Below, piece after piece: positions 24,786-32,000 of a DNA stretch of 32,000 bases; position 1 is the stretch's first letter; every line of letters starts with the position of its first letter. The notes under the pieces are model-generated. The model saw only the letters and a program-made list of their open reading frames with translations, ran no database searches and was not told the origin of the DNA. The position numbers were made by a program, and so were the translations under genes. Source of the DNA: Ferroglobus placidus DSM 10642 (GTDB taxonomy: Archaea; Halobacteriota; Archaeoglobi; Archaeoglobales; Archaeoglobaceae); NCBI RefSeq assembly GCF_000025505.1, contig NC_013849.1, positions 1,110,001-1,142,000 of the forward strand, written 5' to 3'.

Positions 24786-25180
24786 CGTACGACTGGATAC
24801 CCCCTATTTTTCCACGCCGTAATTCCCCCAAGCATGTTGTAAACTTCTTTAAAACCGAGTTCCTTGAATAGCGGCATCGCCAAACTCGTTCTGTGTCCCG
24901 TTCTGCAGTAAATGAGATAGGTTTTGTTTTTGTCGAGCTTTTTCAGCTCCTCTTTGAAGTTTGGAGAATAAAAATCGATGTTTATCGCCCCATCAATATG
25001 CTCGCTCTTAAATTCCTCAGGAGTGCGTATGTCGAGGATGACGAAGTTCGGATTGTTCTTGTTTTTCTGAATTAATTCATAAGCTTCATCTACTGAAATG
25101 TCCTTGTATATTCCCTTCTCAGCCTGCAAACATCCGGCAAAAATTAACGAAAATATTAACAGAATTCTAACGAGCTTCAT
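24782..25180 (-). CDS. Rhodanese-domain sulfurtransferase, predicted secreted protein or lipoprotein
   Basis: The ORF is 132 aa. The signal or lipobox-like segment is LIFSLIFAGC. The active-site loop is YCRTGHRTS. Confidence 0.75.
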   Translation of the reverse strand: MKLVRILLIFSLIFAGCLQAEKGIYKDISVDEAYELIQKNKNNPNFVILDIRTPEEFKSEHIDGAINIDFYSPNFKEELKKLDKNKTYLIYCRTGHRTSLAMPLFKELGFKEVYNMLGGITAWKNRGYPVVR

Positions 25181-25253
25181 GAGTTCGCATCAAAAGCAGG
25201 GAATAAATATTTTCGGTCACAACCTTTAAATATTGTAAGAACAAGCACACATC

Positions 25254-26546
25254 ATGAGAAAAATCCTGTTAGATGAGAATGAGATGCCGAAAGAGTGGTA
25301 CAACATACTCCCCGATCTTCCGGAAGATTTGCCCCCTCCGCTAAACCCAGCAACGAACGAGCCGGTGAAGCCGGAAGAGCTCGAAGCAATCTTTCCAAAA
25401 GCTTTAATAAAGCAGGAGATGAGCCAGGAAAGATGGATAAGAATTCCAGAGGAAGTGAGGGACATTTACGCTCTCTGGAGACCGACTCCGCTTATAAGAG
25501 CTAAGAGGCTCGAAGAGTACTTGAAAACTCCCGCAAGAATTTACTTCAAGTACGAAGGAGGAAGTCCGCCGGGAAGCCACAAACCTAATACGGCTGTTGC
25601 CCAGGCGTATTACAACGCTAAGGAGGGTGTTGAAAGGCTTACAACCGAAACCGGAGCGGGACAGTGGGGCTCTGCTTTGTGCTTCGCTACCAAACTTTTT
25701 GATTTAAAATGTACGGTTTACATGGTTAAAGTCAGCTACCACCAAAAACCCTACAGGAGAATACTGATGGAAACTTGGGGAGGAGAAGTAATTCCGTCTC
25801 CGAGCGACAGAACGGAGAGCGGAAGAAGAATACTTGAGAAAGATCCCGACAACCCGGGAAGTTTGGGAATAGCCATAAGCGAAGCAATCGAGGATGCCGT
25901 AAAAAATGAGGACACGAAGTACAGCCTCGGAAGCGTTTTAAATCACGTTCTTCTTCACCAGACGGTAATTGGACTGGAAGCGAAAAAACAGCTTGAAAGC
26001 ATAGGTGAGGAGCCTGACGTAATAGTTGGATGCGTTGGTGGAGGAAGCAACTTTGCCGGATTAAGCTATCCCTTCGTAAAAGATGTTGAGAAGAGGGGAA
26101 CGAAGATAATAGCTGTGGAGCCAGCTGCGTGCCCAACATTAACGAAAGGGGAATACAGATACGACTTTGGAGATACAGCCGGATTGACACCTTTGCTGAA
26201 AATGTACACCCTCGGGCACGACTTTATCCCTCCGCCTATTCACGCTGGGGGATTAAGATACCACGGAGACGCTCCAACCTTGTGCATTCTCGTTAAAAAC
26301 GGATTGGTCGAAGCGAGAGCCGTGAAGCAGATTCCCACTTTTGAAGCCGGATTGATTTTTGCGAGAACGGAGGGAATAGTTCCAGCTCCAGAAACAAACC
26401 ATGCGATAAGGGTTGTAATAGACGAAGCGATCAAAGCGAGGGAGGAGAACGAGGAGAAAGTAATCTTGTTTGGATTCAGCGGACACGGACTGCTTGATTT
26501 GAAAGCCTACGACGATTTCCTGAGCGGAAAGCTTCAGGATGTGTGA
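25254..26546 (+). CDS. trpB: Tryptophan synthase beta-like protein, TrpB2 type, standalone
   Basis: The ORF is 430 aa. It has the TrpB2-type N-terminal extension ([19 protein letters not shown]). The PLP-lysine region HKPNTA and the GGGSNFAG motif are present. No trpA gene is adjacent. Confidence 0.85.
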   Translation: MRKILLDENEMPKEWYNILPDLPEDLPPPLNPATNEPVKPEELEAIFPKALIKQEMSQERWIRIPEEVRDIYALWRPTPLIRAKRLEEYLKTPARIYFKYEGGSPPGSHKPNTAVAQAYYNAKEGVERLTTETGAGQWGSALCFATKLFDLKCTVYMVKVSYHQKPYRRILMETWGGEVIPSPSDRTESGRRILEKDPDNPGSLGIAISEAIEDAVKNEDTKYSLGSVLNHVLLHQTVIGLEAKKQLESIGEEPDVIVGCVGGGSNFAGLSYPFVKDVEKRGTKIIAVEPAACPTLTKGEYRYDFGDTAGLTPLLKMYTLGHDFIPPPIHAGGLRYHGDAPTLCILVKNGLVEARAVKQIPTFEAGLIFARTEGIVPAPETNHAIRVVIDEAIKAREENEEKVILFGFSGHGLLDLKAYDDFLSGKLQDV

Positions 26547-26601
26547 TAAAATTTCAAAAATTTAATATCCTTTCAAACCAACTTTCTTCGGGTGGTTTTA
26601 A

Positions 26602-27495
26602 ATGAAAGTGAATGGCGTTGAAGTGGAGGAAACGTATGCGGAGGCTTTTGACATAAAGGTTGCGAGGGTTTTGATAACAGCCTACGACTACTACTGGGCA
26701 TACGTAGCTGCTAACGAAGCCACTGGCTTCGGAACTTCGGTAATAATGTGTCCGGCAGAGGCTGGAATTGAGAAGAAAGCTCTGCCAAGCGAAACTCCGG
26801 ACGGAAGACCTGGATACTACATCCAAATCTGCCACATGAGCAAGAAGGGGTTGGAAGAGCAGCTTTTAGCAAGACTCGGTCAGTGCGTGCTGACAGCTCC
26901 AACTACAGCGGTTTTCAACGGATTGCCGGATGCTGAAGAAAAGTTCGACACCGGAAACAAGCTCCGCTTCTTCGGAGATGGATACGAGAAGCAGGTCGAT
27001 CTCTACGGCAGAAAGATGTGGGCTGTGCCGATGATGGAAGGAGACTTTCTGATCGAGAACGAGATCGGCTACGTGAACGGAATTGCTGGAGGCAACTTCT
27101 TCATTCTCGGAGAGAACCAGCCTTCAGCGTTGGCTGCTGCGAAAGCTGCGGTAGATGCGATATTCGAGGTAGAGGGAGTTATAACTCCGTTCCCCGGAGG
27201 AATTGTTGCTTCCGGATCGAAGGTTGGAGCTAACAAGTACAAGTTCCTGAAAGCTTCTACCAACGAGAAATTCGCACCAACCATAAGAGACCAGGTTCCA
27301 GATACGCAGATTCCTGAAGGGGTTAAAGCTGTCTACGAGATAGTCATAAACGGAATAAGCGTTGATGCCGTAAAAGAGGCTATGAGAGTTGGAATCGAAG
27401 CTGCAACTAAGATTCCGGGAGTCGTAAAGATAACTGCCGGAAACTACGGTGGAAAGCTTGGAAAGCATCTCATATACCTGAACGAACTCTTCTAA
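26602..27495 (+). CDS. ftr: Formylmethanofuran--tetrahydromethanopterin N-formyltransferase
   Basis: The ORF is 297 aa. MKVNGVEVEETYAEAFDIKVARVLITA matches the Ftr N-terminus as I remember it from A. fulgidus. Confidence 0.9.
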   Translation: MKVNGVEVEETYAEAFDIKVARVLITAYDYYWAYVAANEATGFGTSVIMCPAEAGIEKKALPSETPDGRPGYYIQICHMSKKGLEEQLLARLGQCVLTAPTTAVFNGLPDAEEKFDTGNKLRFFGDGYEKQVDLYGRKMWAVPMMEGDFLIENEIGYVNGIAGGNFFILGENQPSALAAAKAAVDAIFEVEGVITPFPGGIVASGSKVGANKYKFLKASTNEKFAPTIRDQVPDTQIPEGVKAVYEIVINGISVDAVKEAMRVGIEAATKIPGVVKITAGNYGGKLGKHLIYLNELF

Positions 27496-27519
27496 ATTTT
27501 TTAACACTCTTTCTCTCCG

Positions 27520-28275
27520 TCAATACCCAAGCTCTTTCAGAAAGCTTTCCAACGCTTCGTTAAATTCTTCGGGCTTTTCCAACATGACCATGTGGCTCGC
27601 TCCTTTAATCACGACGAGTTTCGAATTCGGTATGTGTTTGTGGAAGAATTCAGCGTACTTAACCGGAGTAAGTCTGTCATTCTCCCCAACTATAATAAGC
27701 GTCGGCACGTCAATTCTTATCTTACCCCCTCTGTAATCTTCAAGCAGGTCAAACTTGTCGCACAAAGATAGGTCGAGGTGGAGAACATCGGCTCTTTCAA
27801 GGAATTCCCTCTTCTTTTTCTCGTATTCCTCTCCCTTTTCCGCAAAACCCATCTCGAGAATGAGTTCGACTGCTTTCTCTGGATTTTTCCTCAAACCTTC
27901 AAGGATGTCGGGGAGAACTCTCAGCCTCGCTCCTGTTCCGACGAGGACTAAGCCTTTACAGATCTCTGGATTGGTGAGATAAACCTTTTGCACAACAGCT
28001 CCTCCCAGGCTGTGACCGACCAAAACCATCTTCTTTCCTATTTTTTTCAAAACTTCGCTAACGAAGTAAGCGTAATCGTCCACAGATTTGACTTCGGCTT
28101 TCTCACTCTTTCCGTGATTCGGTAAATCGATTGCGTGTCCTCCTATCGCTTCAAGCTGCTTTTCCCACTGCAAAGCGTCGCTTCCAGAGCTGTGAACGTA
28201 AAAAACGTCTCTATCCTTGCCTTTCAAAATTGAAATTTTAACTCCATTAACCTCAACGAACATTCTTTCAAGCAT
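27520..28275 (-). CDS. Alpha/beta-hydrolase-fold esterase or lipase
   Basis: The ORF is 251 aa. It has the nucleophile elbow GHSLGG and the C-terminal GASHMVMLEKPEEF carrying the catalytic His. Confidence 0.75.
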   Translation of the reverse strand: MLERMFVEVNGVKISILKGKDRDVFYVHSSGSDALQWEKQLEAIGGHAIDLPNHGKSEKAEVKSVDDYAYFVSEVLKKIGKKMVLVGHSLGGAVVQKVYLTNPEICKGLVLVGTGARLRVLPDILEGLRKNPEKAVELILEMGFAEKGEEYEKKKREFLERADVLHLDLSLCDKFDLLEDYRGGKIRIDVPTLIIVGENDRLTPVKYAEFFHKHIPNSKLVVIKGASHMVMLEKPEEFNEALESFLKELGY

Positions 28276-28332
28276 GAAAAAATGTCGATTTGAGCGAATA
28301 AATACGTTTGGATAAAAAATAAAGTAAGGTGT

Positions 28333-29703
28333 TCAGTATGGTATAAAGGTCAGGGCTAAAGCGTAGAATATTGCGGCGAAGAGCATTAGAGTTATGCAGT
28401 AACCGAAGACATCTCTTGCCCTAACGGCACAGATGCCGAGCAAGGGTATAGCCCAGAAAGGCTGGAAGAGGTTCGTCCACTGATCCCCAGCTCCGTAGGC
28501 GATTATTGCCTTTCCTATCGGAACTCCAAGCTCCATCGCAGCTCTCGAAATTGTTTCACCTATAACCGCCCACTCTCCTCCACCAGATGGAACGAAGAGG
28601 TTTACGAGACCAGCCACAAGCCACGCAACAACTGGAAAAGTCGTGGGAGTTGAAATTCCTATGAGCCAGTTTGCCATTATCTTTCCGAGTCCGGAGAACT
28701 TTATCATCCCCATTATTCCCGCGTAAAACGGAAACTGCAAAACGATACCTGCTGCTGACGGTACAGCCGAGTAGAACGCTTTTAGATATCGGATCGGTCG
28801 TAAGTAAAGCAGGAGACCGACGAAGAGGAAGGTGAAGTTGACTATGTTCAGATCGAGACCTTTCTTCTGAACGCCGAAGTGGTGGAAGATGTAGAATATG
28901 CCCATTAAAGCCAGCAAAACGCCTATTATTACGCTGTTTTCTATCTTATCTGCTATCGTTTTAAATTCTACTTTCTCCTCCTTTTTCTCCTCCTCAAGCA
29001 AGTGAGGAGCGTATTGCTCTATACCTCTACAAGCCTTCGGATCCGAAGGGGAGATCGCATACATAACTGCAACAACGAAAACGATGGATAGAACGCTCAG
29101 AGCAAGAGCATAGCCGGAAAATATTGTCTCGCTCGTTGGAACGATACCGATTAAATCCTGAAGGAAGTGTCCTTCCGTTGCCGAAAGCAGGGGAGCTGAA
29201 GCAGACAAACCCCAGTGTCAGATCATCCCCAATCCGGTGTAGCCAGCAGTAACTATTGCCGGATAATGAACTGGAATTCCTCTGAAATAAGCTTGCCTGC
29301 CAACTTCTCTCGCAAGTAACGCTCCGACTATCAACCCAAGCCCCCAGTTTATCCAAGAAAAGATCATTGCAAAGAATGCCACGAGAGCTGCAGCTTGCTT
29401 ACCATTTTTTGGGAGAGAAGCGAGTTTAACGAGCATTTTGTGTACAGCCGGATGGTAAGCCAAAGCGTAACCTGTGACGAGTATTAGAACCATCTGCATG
29501 GCAAACGTAAGGAGGGTCCAGAAACCTTTGTACCAGTACAAAACCATGTCAACGGGGGATTGTTTCGCTATTACTATTCCCATGACGTAGCTGATGAAAG
29601 TCAGTATGACGGCGAAGAGAAACGGGTCCGGCATCCATTTTTCGACGCTCGCTGAAATTCTGTAGCCAATTCTTTCTAAAGCGCTGATCCTATATTCCTC
29701 CAT
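28333..29703 (-). pseudogene. AtoE-like short-chain fatty acid transporter interrupted by one in-frame TGA at 29218-29220
   Basis: Track ORFs 29218..29703 and 28333..29208 are in the same frame. The minus strand reads ...GYTGLGMI-TGA-HWG-(TTG)L-SASAPLLSATEGHF. Joined, the two ORFs give about 456 codons, the expected size for this multi-TM family. Confidence 0.7.
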
Positions 29704-29858
29704 AATTAATTTTTGAAAAATTAAAAATAAAAATGTTACGTCAAAGGAGCTTTAATCCAAAAAATTTGGAAAAGGGTTGAAACTTAAGCAATTTAAGGCG
29801 ATAAAAATTGGTTAAATTCTAAATTCGCTTTCAAAACCTCTCATTTTCTTCCACAAGG

Positions 29859-29867
29859 TATTTATAC
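29859..29867 (+). promoter_or_regulatory. TATA-like box upstream of tRNA-Tyr
   Basis: The sequence TATTTATAC is centred about 34 nt upstream of the tRNA 5' end. Confidence 0.4.
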
Positions 29868-29896
29868 AGAAAACGACTCACACATAAACTGAAGTC

Positions 29897-29996
29897 CCCG
29901 GCTTAGCTCAGTGGCAGAGCGCGGGCCTGTAGTCTGACCTGCCGCTGGCAGGCGGCAGAGAGCCCGTGGTCCCCGGTTCAAATCCGGGAGCCGGGA
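29897..29996 (+). tRNA. tRNA-Tyr(GTA) with a 28-nt intron at the canonical 37/38 position (intron 29933-29960)
   Basis: The acceptor is CCCGGCT/AGCCGGG with discriminator A, and the C1:G72 pair is typical of archaeal tRNA-Tyr. The anticodon stem is CGGGC/GCCCG and the loop reads CTGTAG|intron|A. The T arm is CCCGG-TTCAAAT-CCGGG. The exons total 72 nt. Confidence 0.85.
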
Positions 29997-30119
29997 TACC
30001 TTATTTTTGTTCAAGTCTCATCTTTTAAACTTCTTTTCGAAAGTTCTTCTCGGTCGAAATTGGTAGTTTTCCTCCACTTAGCTCGATCTTTTTTGGCTGT
30101 GCTCCGTTGAAGCTAATCT

Positions 30120-30461
30120 CTACATACCGTCAGCTATTAAAGCGAGCAGAGCTCCGAAGAATAGAAGGATTAAGCCAAGCGCCGCGATTTCGAAAACGAT
30201 CACTCCGCCTATAATAGCAAAAACTGCTGAGAAGAGAGAGAAGAAAACCTTCAGAACTATTTTGTAAACCTGCTTAATCGTTAGAAGGAGAATTGCCATC
30301 AGAAGGACTAAGAGAGCTAAGATGGGGTTAAAAAACTCGTTTACGATTTGGATAAGCCTTTCAAAAATTGAGGAAAGAATTTGCTCCGGGTTGTAAAAGT
30401 AACCGTAAAGCACGCTTGAGACAACGAGTAGAGTGAATATTCTGAACACGCTTACCATCAA
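30120..30461 (-). CDS. Hypothetical integral membrane protein with about 3 TM helices
   Basis: The ORF is 113 aa and strongly hydrophobic (FRIFTLLVVSSVLYGY; ILALLVLLMAILLL; AIIGGVIVFEIAALGLILLFFGALLALI). I recognise no family. Confidence 0.5.
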   Translation of the reverse strand: MMVSVFRIFTLLVVSSVLYGYFYNPEQILSSIFERLIQIVNEFFNPILALLVLLMAILLLTIKQVYKIVLKVFFSLFSAVFAIIGGVIVFEIAALGLILLFFGALLALIADGM

Positions 30462-30484
30462 AAACGTATGTTCTTCGAACTATT

Positions 30485-31279
30485 TTAACTTTCACGAAGC
30501 ATATCGAGCAAACTTTCGAAGACGTAGTCTGGGTAAACTCCAGCTTCCTTCGCCTTCCTTTCGATATCCTCCCTCTTCGTGACTCCGGTTAAAACTAAAA
30601 CCGTCGTAGCTCCTATCTTTTTCCCAGCCAGAACGTCTATCTCTATTTGATCTCCAACGACAACAACTTCATCAGGTTTCAAATTCAGAATGTTCAAAGC
30701 TTCCTTCATTATGACTTCCGACGGCTTCCCCACAATTACGTCCGGCTCTCTTCCCGTCATCCAGTAGAGAGCTCCTATTATCATTCCCGTCCCCGGAATC
30801 GGTCCGTCTTCAGCAGGAAAGATTTTGTCCGGATTCACAGCCACGTATCTAACGTCCTCTCTAAGGCAGAGCCTCAGGGCTTCCGTCATTATCTGAAAGT
30901 TTATCCCCCTATTCGAGCCAACGACGAGGTATTCAGCATCTCTATAATCCACTATCTCAAGCCCTGCAAGCCTTAACTCCTCTTTTAACCCTTCTTCGCC
31001 GGTGGTGTAGACTTTCGCTCTCTTTTTTTCCTTAGCAATTAATCTTGCGGTAGCGTAAGTGGCGATGAGAATTTCATCTTCGGAAACTTCAAGTCCGTAA
31101 TCTTTAAAACGTTCCAGCATAATCCTCCTGCTTCTTGTGGAATTGTTTGAGACGAAAAGAATTTTCTTGCCCATTTCCCTCAATCTCTTCACAGCCTCAA
31201 CTCCTTCGGGAATCGGCTTCTTTCCCCTCCCGATAACTCCATCTATGTCGAGTATGAATCCTTTCTTATCCAAAAGCAT
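30485..31279 (-). CDS. HAD-superfamily hydrolase, subfamily IIA (NagD-like sugar phosphatase)
   Basis: It contains FILDIDGV (motif I), VSNNS (motif II) and VGDQIEIDV (motif IV). I prefer the ATG at 31279 (MLLDKKG) over the track start at 31336. Confidence 0.8.
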   Translation of the reverse strand: MLLDKKGFILDIDGVIGRGKKPIPEGVEAVKRLREMGKKILFVSNNSTRSRRIMLERFKDYGLEVSEDEILIATYATARLIAKEKKRAKVYTTGEEGLKEELRLAGLEIVDYRDAEYLVVGSNRGINFQIMTEALRLCLREDVRYVAVNPDKIFPAEDGPIPGTGMIIGALYWMTGREPDVIVGKPSEVIMKEALNILNLKPDEVVVVGDQIEIDVLAGKKIGATTVLVLTGVTKREDIERKAKEAGVYPDYVFESLLDMLRES

Positions 31280-31351
31280 GAGCAAAAACTCCTTCTTAGA
31301 AATAAAAATGTTTGCGAAATGTTTCGAAGCCTTCAAAATCTTTAAAAAACC

Positions 31352-31912
31352 GTGACGTTTTACACTCTATTAAGGGTGGTCAGTGTGGAAGCAGACATTC
31401 CAGTCAAGGAAATAATGACGAGGGAGGTTTGCGTCGCAAGAAAGGATGAGTCGGTTCTTAAAGCAAGCAGGAGAATGATCGAATTCGGCGTTGGAAGCAT
31501 AGTGGTTGTTGAGAACGGAAGACCGGTAGGAATAGTTACGGAGAGCGACATAATAAGGAAAGTTGTGGCGAGGAACAAAGTCCCTTCTGAAGTTAAGCTC
31601 GAAGAGATAATGACTTATCCGATAATAACGATAAAGCCAACTGCGAGCATAAGAGAAGCTGCAAACATAATGCTGAAAAAGGGAATAAGAAGGTTGCCGG
31701 TTGTGGATGGTGAAAAGCTTGTTGGAATTGTAACGGACACGGACATCCTTTCAGTCTCAATCGACCTCGGAGAGTATCTCGGACTTATTAAAGAAAGTTA
31801 TATCGAAACTGAAAGCGAAGAAATCGGAAAGTGTGAAATTTGCGGGAGAATTGCTGAATTAATTGATGTTGACGGGAAGAGAATTTGTGAAGACTGTTAT
31901 GAGTCGTATTAG
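31352..31912 (+). CDS. CBS-domain pair protein with a C-terminal zinc ribbon
   Basis: Two CBS repeats are present (IMTREVCVA...GIVTESDIIRKV and IMTYPIITI...GIVTDTDIL). The C-terminal CEICGR...CEDC is a CxxC-x(n)-CxxC motif. The start is uncertain among the in-frame GTGs at 31352, 31376 and 31385 and the ATG at 31415. Confidence 0.75.
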   Translation: MTFYTLLRVVSVEADIPVKEIMTREVCVARKDESVLKASRRMIEFGVGSIVVVENGRPVGIVTESDIIRKVVARNKVPSEVKLEEIMTYPIITIKPTASIREAANIMLKKGIRRLPVVDGEKLVGIVTDTDILSVSIDLGEYLGLIKESYIETESEEIGKCEICGRIAELIDVDGKRICEDCYESY

Positions 31913-31920
31913 GTGATTTG

Positions 31921-32000
31921 ATGTCTTACTTAGGAGCAAAAATTGGAGATGAGGTTAAAAAAGAGAAGAAAAGCCCGGTAAAGCCGGGAAGCGTTATGGA
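31921..32000 (+). CDS. Start of an unidentified ORF that runs off the right edge of the window
   Basis: The ATG at 31921 opens MSYLGAKIGDEVKKEKKSPVKPGSVM... and the frame stays open to the window end. It is too short to identify. Confidence 0.3.
   Translation, partial: MSYLGAKIGDEVKKEKKSPVKPGSVM

Noticed and set aside
29218-29220. The in-frame TGA in the AtoE-like transporter might be a selenocysteine or other programmed recoding site.
   Set aside because: From established knowledge, archaeal Sec usage is confined to a few methanogen and related lineages and is not described for Archaeoglobus-type organisms. The position is not a redox-active Cys site, and I saw no obvious SECIS-like structure. 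A nonsense mutation, a sequencing error or a split gene are simpler explanations.
1-32000. I looked for CRISPR arrays, IS elements or transposases, integrases, rRNA, and C/D-box sRNAs (RUGAUGA...CUGA pairs in intergenic DNA).
   Set aside because: I saw no regularly spaced direct repeats, no transposase- or integrase-like ORF and no rRNA-like sequence. The few TGATGA and CTGA occurrences I noticed are inside coding regions (for example 1306-1312 and 22545-22560) and lack correctly spaced partner boxes. A covariance-model scan would be needed to exclude small ncRNAs fully.

Overview
This window looks like a compact chromosomal segment of a hyperthermophilic euryarchaeon of the Archaeoglobus type. 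The supporting evidence is a FEN-1 and a formylmethanofuran:H4MPT formyltransferase that closely match my memory of the A. fulgidus proteins, a fused UPF0200/UPF0201 protein as in AF_1395, a tungsten-type AOR, archaeal type II GAPDH, TiaS, RtcB, Trm1 and a tRNA-Tyr with a canonical 37/38 intron. I support about 44 protein genes, most of them tightly packed with 4-35 nt overlaps, plus 3 tRNA genes. I saw no rRNA, CRISPR array, transposase or integrase. Most of the window is ordinary housekeeping: tRNA modification and splicing, replication (FEN1, an Orc1/Cdc6 paralog, RPA/Rpap), central carbon and C1 metabolism, and cofactor synthesis. The only accessory-looking stretch runs from about 20.3 to 22.5 kb. 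There a tRNA-Met(CAT) and a tRNA-Leu(TAA) bracket a small islet. The islet holds a two-gene module: an 83-aa miniature TumE/DUF6516-like protein with a DNYHHGYPHIHPD motif, and a 140-aa HVO_A0114-like winged-helix protein. Two TTGGT-N5/6-ACCAA palindromes flank the module's TATA box. A convergent orphan small protein follows, and just past the tRNA-Leu sits a solo Cas4/DUF83-like four-cysteine nuclease whose ExK motif reads SLK. That islet is my best candidate for an uncharacterised toxin-antitoxin or defence-like system. Other items worth a second look are listed here. An AtoE-like transporter is interrupted by a single in-frame TGA. A translationally coupled fen-moaB-orc1/cdc6-like operon has a Walker-B DD variant. 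A metallophosphoesterase-fold protein with degenerate metal ligands is coupled to tiaS. A CooT-like protein is coupled to gap. Two frame-shifted micro-ORFs, one with an HX4DH metal-transporter motif, lie upstream of the AOR gene. All family assignments come from reading motifs by eye and from memory of the families. No searches were run.
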